A stretch of DNA of 32,000 nt, from assembly GCA_002716355.1 (NCBI GenBank), contig PBAU01000011.1, positions 56,114-88,113 of the forward strand, given 5' to 3'. The notes beneath the pieces were generated by a model that made no database searches, had not been told where the DNA came from, and worked only from the letters and a program-made list of their open reading frames with translations. Origin of the DNA: a bacterium (GTDB lineage: Bacteria > UBP7 > UBA6624). Positions within the stretch are counted from its first letter, which is position 1. Every line of letters starts with the position of its first letter. The position numbers were made by a program, and so were the translations under genes. This document shows, piece by piece, positions 7,926-15,188 of the stretch.

Positions 7926-9044
7926 ATGGCACAAGCATTTACCCCAGGTTTAACTAGAGCAGCTGGTTTAAAAGTTATAAAAACAAGACGACTGCCTCTT
8001 TTAGGTGAAACTCTTTTCAAAGTTGGAGATAAAGTTTCAGCTACTGATATTGTTGCTAGAACAGATTTACCAGGACCTGTTTCAGTTTTAAAAATTTCTC
8101 ATAGGTTAGGTTGCCAACCAGGTGAATTAAAGGATTTCATGTCTGTAAAAGAAGGAGATGCCATTTCTAATGGTCAAGTTATTGCAGAGAGCAAAGGTTT
8201 TATGGGGTTTTTTAAATCGGAATTTAAATCTAACACTGATGGAATCATAGAAAGTATATCAAAAGTAAATGGTCAAGTTTATGTAAGAGGCACTCCTATT
8301 CCAGTTGAAATGGAAGCTTATATTGATGGAAAAATTATTGATGTTATGAAGGATGAAGGCGTAATGGTTGAAACTGTTGCGACAATGGTTCAAGGCATTT
8401 TTGGCGTGGGTGGAGAAACTGGAGGAAAGTTAATTTTTGGAGTTGATTCTCCATCTGATGTTTTAGCTCCGTCTGACTTGAAAGAAGATATGAAGGATTG
8501 TATTGTGGTTGCCGGTGCATGCTTGACACAGGAAACCATAATGAAAGCCAAATCTATTGGCATTAAAGGATTGGTGGGTGGAGCGCTTCATGATAAAGAT
8601 TTGAGATCTTTTTTGGGTTATGACATAGGGGTTGCTATTACTGGTAATGAAAATATAGGTATAACCTTGGTGGCAACTGAGGGTTTTGGAGAATTGAAAA
8701 TGGATTCCAATACATGGAGTTTGTTGAAGTCATGTGAAGGTAAAAGAGCAAGCATAAATGGTGCTACACAAATTAGAGCAGGTGTTTTAAGGCCTGAAAT
8801 AATCATCCCTACACCTGAAGAAAAATCAAAAGATTCTGATAGTGGTGCTGGATCATTAGAGATAGGTACTAAAATTGTTGTTATCAGAAACCCTTACTTT
8901 GGATTAACTGGCACTGTTTCAGAACTTATCGTTGAACCACAGAGGCTAGAATCAGAAGCTAAAGTAAGAGTTTTGAAAGTAAAATTAGAAAATGGAGATG
9001 AGGCTATTGTGCCGCGTGCTAATATAGAAAGACTAGCATCATGA
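7926..9044 (+). CDS. Soluble 372-aa protein: N-terminal barrel-sandwich-hybrid (lipoyl/biotinyl-like) repeats, central alpha/beta region, C-terminal KOW-like barrel
   Basis: Hybrid-barrel-like hairpins FKVGDKVSATDIVART and VKEGDAISNGQVIAES. The C-terminal IGTKIVVIRNPYFGLTGTVSEL...KVRVLKVKLENGDEAIVPRANIERL matches the KOW pattern G..V.V..G.F.G..G.V seen in NusG and L24. It starts 4 nt after the ATPase stop. Confidence 0.5.
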   Translation: MAQAFTPGLTRAAGLKVIKTRRLPLLGETLFKVGDKVSATDIVARTDLPGPVSVLKISHRLGCQPGELKDFMSVKEGDAISNGQVIAESKGFMGFFKSEFKSNTDGIIESISKVNGQVYVRGTPIPVEMEAYIDGKIIDVMKDEGVMVETVATMVQGIFGVGGETGGKLIFGVDSPSDVLAPSDLKEDMKDCIVVAGACLTQETIMKAKSIGIKGLVGGALHDKDLRSFLGYDIGVAITGNENIGITLVATEGFGELKMDSNTWSLLKSCEGKRASINGATQIRAGVLRPEIIIPTPEEKSKDSDSGAGSLEIGTKIVVIRNPYFGLTGTVSELIVEPQRLESEAKVRVLKVKLENGDEAIVPRANIERLAS

Positions 9045-9841
9045 TTTTTAATTTTTTTATTTCTTCAGATGCTTTTTTCAAAGCCGATCATGAGGTAACA
9101 CTGATTGCTTGCCTTTTGTTCATGGGAGCTATACTTTACACTCTTTCTAAAGCCAGAAGAGGAGCTGATCTTTATATACGTTCAATTCCAGGTTTGGATG
9201 CTGTTAATGAAGCTATTGGAAGAGCTACCGAAATGGGTAAGCCGATACTCTATTGCCCTGGCTTGTCAAGCGCAGCTGACGTTGCAACCTTGGCAAGTTT
9301 AAACATATTAGGTAGGGTTGCTCAAAGGGTTGCAAATTATGAAAGTCGCTTGATAGTTCCGCATAGAGATCCTATTGTTATGACTGTAGCAAAAGAAACT
9401 TTGAAGGATGCTTATTTACAAGCTGGAAAACCTGAAATATTAAATGAAGAGGATAATTTTTTCATTACTGAAGATCAGTTTGGTTATACTGCTGCTGTTA
9501 ATGGAATAATGGTAAGAGAAAGACCAGCAACTGTATTTTTGCAAGGCATGTTTTTTGCTGAATCTTTATTGTTGGCTGAAACAGGAAATTCAATTGGTGC
9601 AATTCAAATTGCAGGAACTGATGCTGTGCATCAGTTGCCATTCTTTGTTGCTTCTTGTGATTACACGCTTATTGGAGAGGAGCTGTATGCCGCTGGAGCA
9701 TACTTATCAAAAGCTCCTGATTTAATGTCATCACTTAAAGCTGCTGACTTGATCAAAGGAATCTTATGGGTTTTGATAGTTATCGGTCTTGTCTTGACTT
9801 TTGTGGGCAACGCATCTATTTTTGAGGTATTTGGCAAATGA
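9041..9841 (+). CDS. Module 1, subunit A: protein with N- and C-terminal membrane anchors, uncharacterised family
   Basis: ATGA overlap with the upstream stop. N-terminal TM VTLIACLLFMGAILYTL and C-terminal TM ILWVLIVIGLVLTFVG. Clear paralog of 12130..12939, sharing the near-invariant block AESLLLAETGNSIGAIQIAGTDAV.QLPFF..SCDYTLIGEELYAA.AYLS. Confidence 0.8.
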   Translation: MIFNFFISSDAFFKADHEVTLIACLLFMGAILYTLSKARRGADLYIRSIPGLDAVNEAIGRATEMGKPILYCPGLSSAADVATLASLNILGRVAQRVANYESRLIVPHRDPIVMTVAKETLKDAYLQAGKPEILNEEDNFFITEDQFGYTAAVNGIMVRERPATVFLQGMFFAESLLLAETGNSIGAIQIAGTDAVHQLPFFVASCDYTLIGEELYAAGAYLSKAPDLMSSLKAADLIKGILWVLIVIGLVLTFVGNASIFEVFGK

Positions 9842-10506
9842 AAACAAAACTTCCTGTAACCATTGCTTTTCTGACTGGTTTATTTATGGCTTTTGCTTAT
9901 TTTGTTGAAAGGGATAATGTTGCATGGGTAAGGATTCTTTACGAAGAGTTGAATCAGAACAACATTGTTCTTGCTGTGTTTGTTTTGTTTTTAGGGGTTG
10001 GTACACTTTTAATCCGTCATGCAAAAAAAATCAGAGATAAAAATTCTGATTCAATTTATTCTTGGGTTGTTATAGTGTCGACTCTTGCAGTTGCATACAT
10101 TGGTTTGTTTCAAACCACTGGAGAAAGCATTGGGGCAAATGAAAATTTTCAGTGGATATTTAATAATTTTCAGGTTCCTCTTTCTGCAACTATGTTTTCA
10201 CTTTTAGCATTTTTTGTTGCAAGTGCTGCCTACAGAGCTTTTAGAGCAAGAAACACAGAGGCAACTTTATTGCTGATTGCCGCAGCAATAGTGATGATAG
10301 GAAGGGTACCTATTGGATCGGTTATTTCCGACAGTTTGAGTTTAACTGGATCTTTTTCTTTGCCTGCAATTGCTGAATGGATTTTAGATATCCCAAATAC
10401 GGCTGCAAAGAGAGCTATAACTATTGGTATCGGATTAGGGATGACGGCTACTGCAATAAAGATTATTTTCGGTATAGAGAGAACTTATATGGGAAGTGGT
10501 AAATAA
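9838..10506 (+). CDS. Module 1, subunit B: polytopic membrane protein (about 6 hydrophobic segments), uncharacterised family
   Basis: ATGA overlap with subunit A. Hydrophobic segments include LPVTIAFLTGLFMAFAYFV, IVLAVFVLFLGVGTLLI, WVVIVSTLAVAYIGLF, ATMFSLLAFFVASAAY, ATLLLIAAAIVMIG and AITIGIGLGMTATAIKIIFG. Paralog of 12936..13580. Confidence 0.8.
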   Translation: MKTKLPVTIAFLTGLFMAFAYFVERDNVAWVRILYEELNQNNIVLAVFVLFLGVGTLLIRHAKKIRDKNSDSIYSWVVIVSTLAVAYIGLFQTTGESIGANENFQWIFNNFQVPLSATMFSLLAFFVASAAYRAFRARNTEATLLLIAAAIVMIGRVPIGSVISDSLSLTGSFSLPAIAEWILDIPNTAAKRAITIGIGLGMTATAIKIIFGIERTYMGSGK

Positions 10507-11363
10507 TGAATATTTGGGATAAGTTGTCTTCAATTGATAGAAGGTGGATATTTCTTGCAATGGCCATTTTCGTTTCATGGCCAGTATTAAAACCCTTAGG
10601 CCTTCCAGTAACAACAACAAAAGAAGTTGAAAGTCTTTATAGCTTTATTGAGGAAATCGAAGATAAGAAACCAATAATTTTAGCTCTTGATTACGGTCCA
10701 TCTACTGCTCCTGAACTAACACCTATGGCAAAAGCTGTTATGAGGCATGCTGTAAGCAAAGGGATTCCTGTTGTGGGGGTAAGTTTAGCTCCAGATGCTC
10801 CAGGGGTTGCAAATGATATCTGGAAATGGGCGGAAGAAGAATTAGGCGCTATTCCGGGTGAGGATATTGCATACCTTGGATACAAAGCAGGAACAACAAA
10901 TGTTATCTTGCAGATGGGACAGGGTATATCTAAGGCTTTTCCAAAGGATTATTATGGCAACAACACAGATGATTTGGAAATCATGGAAGGTTTTGAAAGT
11001 TTAAAAGATGCCTCTCTTGTTCTCGGTCTTGAGGCAACTGCCATTATGGATTTATGGATTCAGTATGCTGGTGACCAAATGGGTGTTCCTGTTGCCGGCG
11101 GAATGACAGCGGTTTCTGCGCCTGAGGCTTATGTGTTTTATCAGTCAGGGCAAATAGTTGGTTTGATGGGAGGCATGAAAGGCGGAGCTGAATATGAACT
11201 CTTAGTTGGTGCACCTGGAAATGCTGTTCAGGGCATGGATGCTCAATCACTAGGACATATTGTTATTATTGTTTTTATCATTTTTGGAAATCTTGGTTTT
11301 TTCTTAGGTAAAAAAGGCCAAGACGTTTCCAGATTAAAGTCTTTAAGAGGTGATCAGAAATGA
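10506..11363 (+). CDS. Module 1, subunit C: about 220-aa soluble domain bracketed by N- and C-terminal TM helices, uncharacterised family
   Basis: TAATG 1-nt overlap with subunit B. N-terminus MNIWDKLSSIDRRWIFLAMAIFVSWPVL and C-terminal anchor LGHIVIIVFIIFGNLGFFLG. The central region has alternating beta-alpha character (KPIILALDYGPS, GIPVVGVSL). Paralog of 13577..14437. Confidence 0.8.
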   Translation: MNIWDKLSSIDRRWIFLAMAIFVSWPVLKPLGLPVTTTKEVESLYSFIEEIEDKKPIILALDYGPSTAPELTPMAKAVMRHAVSKGIPVVGVSLAPDAPGVANDIWKWAEEELGAIPGEDIAYLGYKAGTTNVILQMGQGISKAFPKDYYGNNTDDLEIMEGFESLKDASLVLGLEATAIMDLWIQYAGDQMGVPVAGGMTAVSAPEAYVFYQSGQIVGLMGGMKGGAEYELLVGAPGNAVQGMDAQSLGHIVIIVFIIFGNLGFFLGKKGQDVSRLKSLRGDQK

Positions 11364-12133
11364 TTTTGAATTTAATTGCACCTCTTGGGACTACAGAAGG
11401 TTTAGGTATATGGATTGCCGCTTTCTTGACTTTATGTATTTTTTCTTTCCTGTATAAAGACAATCCTTTTTATAAATTTGCCGAACATTTATTTGTTGGT
11501 GTCTCTAGTGGATATTACATTTCTATCTATTATTGGAACACATTGAAGCCAAACATGATTGACGAATTAGTGAAAGGCTTTAAGGCTTTAGGTCAGGGTA
11601 ATACGCAAAAAGCTTTTGGTCTTGATGAAAGTGGCGCTGTTATGGCTGAGCCTCATTTAAGAATGTTGATACCACTAATGCTGGGTATTTTTATATTGTT
11701 GATATTTATATCTAGAAAAAATGCTTGGTTATCAAGGATATCATTTGCTTGGTATATAGGTGTTGCAAGTGGAATAGCCATACCAACTGCTATGTCAACC
11801 AGGGTTCTCCTACAGGCTCAAGGCTCCATAAGAGATTTTTGTTCATATAATTCCGATTGTGCGACCTCTGCAGGTTTGGATCCTCAGGTTGCAACTACAG
11901 CACTATGGATCAATGCCTTTTTGCTTTTGATTGGAACATTGTCTGCTTTAGCTTATTTCTTCTTCAGCTTACCCTCCAAAGGAGCACTTAAAGTTATGAA
12001 TAAAGTCGGAATTTACTTTTTGATGATTTCTTTTGGAGCTTCATTTGGGTATACGGTTATGGCTCGTATAAGTCTTCTTATCGGCAGGCTGCAGTTTCTT
12101 TTTTATGAGTGGCTTGGTATTACTATTTCATGA
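11360..12133 (+). CDS. Module 1, subunit D: polytopic membrane protein with a conserved C-x5-C loop, uncharacterised family
   Basis: ATGA overlap with subunit C. Contains GLGIWIAAFLTLCIFSFLYKDNPFYKFAEHLFVG, further hydrophobic helices and the loop FCSYNSDCATS. Paralog of 14434..15174. Confidence 0.8.
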   Translation: MILNLIAPLGTTEGLGIWIAAFLTLCIFSFLYKDNPFYKFAEHLFVGVSSGYYISIYYWNTLKPNMIDELVKGFKALGQGNTQKAFGLDESGAVMAEPHLRMLIPLMLGIFILLIFISRKNAWLSRISFAWYIGVASGIAIPTAMSTRVLLQAQGSIRDFCSYNSDCATSAGLDPQVATTALWINAFLLLIGTLSALAYFFFSLPSKGALKVMNKVGIYFLMISFGASFGYTVMARISLLIGRLQFLFYEWLGITIS

Positions 12134-12939
12134 TTTTTAATTTTTTAAATTTAATGTTTCAAATTCAAATAAAAGAGGGAACAGGTCCTGTTTTTTTTGT
12201 TTTGGTTCTTTTTGTCGCAGCTCTTTTTTTCTTTTTAGATAAAGCAAGAAAAGGTGCAACTTTTAAGATTAGAAAGATTGCTGGTCTTGATGCTGTAAAT
12301 GAGGCTATAGGAAGGGCTACAGAAATGGGCAAATCTATCCTTTACACAACAGGATTAGAAACTGCAAGTCATATAGCGACCATTGCTTCATTGACCATAT
12401 TGTCTAGGGTTGCCAAAAGAGCAGCAAGATATGGAACTAGGTTACAGGTTCCTTCTTTTGATCCGATTGTTATGAGTTTAAGTCAAGAGATAGTACGAGA
12501 ATCTTATCTTGAGGAAGGAATGGTTGACAGCTTTAAAGGCGATGACATTTTTTATTTAACTCAGGAGCAATTTGCATACACTGCAGCTGTTGAAGGTGTT
12601 TTGGTAAGAGAAAAACCTGCAACTGTTTTTTTAATGGGTTATTTTTATGCAGAATCTTTACTATTGGCTGAAACTGGCAATTCGATTGGGGCGATTCAAA
12701 TTGCTGGAACAGATGCTGTTACACAGCTTCCATTTTTTATCGTTTCCTGTGATTACACATTGATTGGTGAGGAGCTTTATGCAGCAAGTGCTTACCTTTC
12801 AGAGGATTCAAATATTATTTCATCTTTAAAGGCCCAAGATTTTGGAAAAGCTTTATTATGGATATTTTTGCTTTTGGGAAGTATTGTAACTTTTGCTGGT
12901 TCTACTAAATTCCTTTCATTATTAGGAGCTTCTACTTGA
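12130..12939 (+). CDS. Module 2, subunit A (paralog of 9041..9841)
   Basis: The track ORF begins at 12109. ATG at 12130 forms an ATGA overlap with the upstream stop and gives MIFNFL..., matching the MIFNFF... start of the module 1 copy. The two copies are identical at 47 of 51 residues across the AESLLLAETGNS...AYLS block (hand count). Confidence 0.8.
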   Translation: MIFNFLNLMFQIQIKEGTGPVFFVLVLFVAALFFFLDKARKGATFKIRKIAGLDAVNEAIGRATEMGKSILYTTGLETASHIATIASLTILSRVAKRAARYGTRLQVPSFDPIVMSLSQEIVRESYLEEGMVDSFKGDDIFYLTQEQFAYTAAVEGVLVREKPATVFLMGYFYAESLLLAETGNSIGAIQIAGTDAVTQLPFFIVSCDYTLIGEELYAASAYLSEDSNIISSLKAQDFGKALLWIFLLLGSIVTFAGSTKFLSLLGAST

Positions 12940-13580
12940 ACAACAGAGGACCTCTTTTGATTGCATTTGTTTGCGGTATGTTGATGATGGCTGAATCTTT
13001 CCTTGACTATTCTTGGTTGAATAGTTTTGCTGAATGGGTTCAGAAATACTACATCATTATTGCTGCGTTTGCAATTGTTTTAGGTGTTGCGAGCCTATTT
13101 AAGCTTCACTTGGCAAAACTTAAAAGGAAAGAGGACGGCTGGAGATATTCTCTTGTGGTATTTTTTGGCTTTTTTGCAATGATAATCACTGGTTTTTTCA
13201 TGAATGATGATGGTCTTGTTGGAACTAAGCATCCATGGAACGCTTGGTTGTATAACAATGTTCAGCTTCCATTGGGAGCGACAATGTTTTCGCTTTTGGC
13301 ATTTTTTATTGCAAGTGCAGCCTATAGGGCTTTCAGAGCAAGGTCTTTAGAAGCAACTTTACTGCTTGTGGCAGCATGTTTGGTTATGCTTGGTCAGGTG
13401 CCAATACTTACTGGCGGTATTTTTGATAATCTTCCTGAGATAAAACAATGGATTTTAGATATTCCAAATATGGCCAGCAAAAGAGCAATCATGATTGGTG
13501 TTGGTTTAGGGATGATGTCAACAGCATTAAAGATTATTTTCGGTATTGAAAAAACATATCTAGGTGGAAGTGAAGAATGA
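12936..13580 (+). CDS. Module 2, subunit B (paralog of 9838..10506)
   Basis: The TTG start overlaps the upstream TGA (TTGA). This start is supported by alignment of MNNRGPLLIAFVCGMLMMAESF with MKTKLPVTIAFLTGLFMAFAYF. The block VQLPLGATMFSLLAFFIASAAYRAFRARSLEATLLLVAACLVMLGQVPIL is identical at 38 of 50 positions to the module 1 copy (hand count). Confidence 0.8.
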   Translation: MNNRGPLLIAFVCGMLMMAESFLDYSWLNSFAEWVQKYYIIIAAFAIVLGVASLFKLHLAKLKRKEDGWRYSLVVFFGFFAMIITGFFMNDDGLVGTKHPWNAWLYNNVQLPLGATMFSLLAFFIASAAYRAFRARSLEATLLLVAACLVMLGQVPILTGGIFDNLPEIKQWILDIPNMASKRAIMIGVGLGMMSTALKIIFGIEKTYLGGSEE

Positions 13581-14437
13581 ACATTTGGGACAGACTGCAA
13601 TCGATAGACAGGCGTTGGATTTTTTTAGTTATGTTTATTGTTATCATCATTCCATTGATGAATCCACAAAGCTTGGATATAAATGTTAGTGAGCCAACAA
13701 GAAAAGCTTTTGAGAGAGTCGAAAAGATTCCTAGTGATAGCAATGTTTTAATATCTTGGGATTTTGATCCTGGAAGTCAGGCAGAATTATTGCCAACAGC
13801 TAAAGCAATGTTGCATCAATTGTTCAAAAAAGATGTGAATATTGTTGTTATTACCTTATTGCCCGCTGCTCCAACCTTGGCTGATACAACTTTGAATGAA
13901 ATCTCATCTATTTACAAGAAAGAAGAAGGGGTCGATTGGGTTAATCTTGGTTTTAAGCCAGGATTGGATATTGTTGTTAAAAGCATTGGAACAGATATTT
14001 ATGAAATTTTTCCAGCTGATGACAAAGGAAAAAGGGTTGAAAGTATACCTTTGATGAAAGATATAAGAAATTACGATGATTTTGATTTAGTTATTGATTT
14101 AAGCGCTGGCTCAAGTGTTGACTTTTTTGTCGAACAGGCTCATGGCAGATACGGTGTTGATCTTGTTGCTGCAGCAACTGGGGTTATGATTGGTGATTTT
14201 TACCCTTATTTAGAAGCAAACCAGCTTCAAGGATTAGTAGGAGCTCTTGTAGGTGCTGCTGAATACGAGAAGCTAATGGAGATTTCTTATGGTCTTGAAC
14301 CTGATAAAGCAACTGCTGGAATGCAGGCTCAAGCAAAAGCTCACATTGCCATAATAATTTTTATAATCTTGGGCAATATTGGTTTTTTTGCGAAAAGAAA
14401 TAAAACTTCACCAAAATTGGAGAGTTTAAGTAAATGA
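13577..14437 (+). CDS. Module 2, subunit C (paralog of 10506..11363)
   Basis: ATGA overlap. The N-terminus MNIWDRLQSIDRRWIFLVMFIVIIIPLM matches MNIWDKLSSIDRRWIFLAMAIFVSWPVL. It shares the G(A/G)AEYE.L motif and the C-terminal anchor AHIAIIIFIILGNIGFF. Confidence 0.8.
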   Translation: MNIWDRLQSIDRRWIFLVMFIVIIIPLMNPQSLDINVSEPTRKAFERVEKIPSDSNVLISWDFDPGSQAELLPTAKAMLHQLFKKDVNIVVITLLPAAPTLADTTLNEISSIYKKEEGVDWVNLGFKPGLDIVVKSIGTDIYEIFPADDKGKRVESIPLMKDIRNYDDFDLVIDLSAGSSVDFFVEQAHGRYGVDLVAAATGVMIGDFYPYLEANQLQGLVGALVGAAEYEKLMEISYGLEPDKATAGMQAQAKAHIAIIIFIILGNIGFFAKRNKTSPKLESLSK

Positions 14438-15174
14438 TTTTTAATTTACTAATTGCAAACCCTTTAAGCCCTGATGGTATTGGGGTTTGGATTGCTGCCA
14501 TACTGACAATAGCAATTTTTTCTTTTCTATACAAGGATAACCCTTTATTTAAATTTGCTGAACACCTTTATGTTGGAATTGGTGCTGGTTACATTGTTGT
14601 TGTAGCTTGGCACAATGATATTGCAACAAATGTTATTCAGCCTTTTAAAGATGGATTGACAGCTATTCAAAACAATGACCCTAGTGGTTGGGTAAATATG
14701 GTGAATCCAATCATGGCATGTGTTATTGGAAGTTTTCTTTTCTTTCCTGTTGTAGCTCCAAAATTTAGATGGCTTACAAAATATGCTTTTGCTTTTATAC
14801 TAGGAACCTTTTCAGGTATCAAGGTAGCACCTGTTATTAAAGAGAAATTAATTACCCAACTTTCATCTACGCTTGATCGTATTTGTGCAGTTTCGAATGA
14901 GTGTGCAGCACAGGTTGCGTCAATAAGCTACACGCCAGAAACATCAGCTATGTTTAATGCTGCTTTCGTTCTTTTGGGTGTTTTGTGTGGTTTGGTTTAT
15001 TTTTTCTTTTCTTTAGAGCATAAAGGCGGAACTAAGATTGTAGCCAAAACAGGCATACTTATCTTGATGGTTGGGTTTGGTGCAAGTTTTGGTTTAACAG
15101 TCATGGGACGTGTTTCTCTATTGATTGATAGAATTCAATTCCTTTTAACTGATTGGTTAGGCCTTATCGCTTAA
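14434..15174 (+). CDS. Module 2, subunit D (paralog of 11360..12133)
   Basis: ATGA overlap. GIGVWIAAILTIAIFSFLYKDNPLFKFAEHLYVG matches the module 1 copy. Also conserved are the C-x5-C loop (ICAVSNECAAQ) and the C-terminus GASFG.TVM.R.SLLI.R.QFL...WLG. Confidence 0.8.
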   Translation: MIFNLLIANPLSPDGIGVWIAAILTIAIFSFLYKDNPLFKFAEHLYVGIGAGYIVVVAWHNDIATNVIQPFKDGLTAIQNNDPSGWVNMVNPIMACVIGSFLFFPVVAPKFRWLTKYAFAFILGTFSGIKVAPVIKEKLITQLSSTLDRICAVSNECAAQVASISYTPETSAMFNAAFVLLGVLCGLVYFFFSLEHKGGTKIVAKTGILILMVGFGASFGLTVMGRVSLLIDRIQFLLTDWLGLIA

Positions 15175-15188
15175 GTCTTATAAATTTA

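Noticed and set aside
9105-9302. Out-of-frame + strand ORFs overlapping real genes (also 16986-17186, 23354-23539, 25064-25309, 28110-28370)
   Set aside because: Each is embedded in another frame of a supported CDS. None has start-site support or a motif.
7926-12133. Resemblance of the module to NQR/RNF: a soluble protein with an NqrA/RnfC-like N-terminal barrel, a single-anchor subunit and two 6-TM subunits of about 200-260 aa
   Set aside because: This is only an architectural analogy. The B and D sequences show none of the NqrD/E or RnfA/E motifs I know. I saw no FMN-attachment (S/T-G-A-T) motif, no Fe-S Cys clusters and no NqrB/F or RnfB/G equivalents. I kept it as a comparison point, not an annotation.
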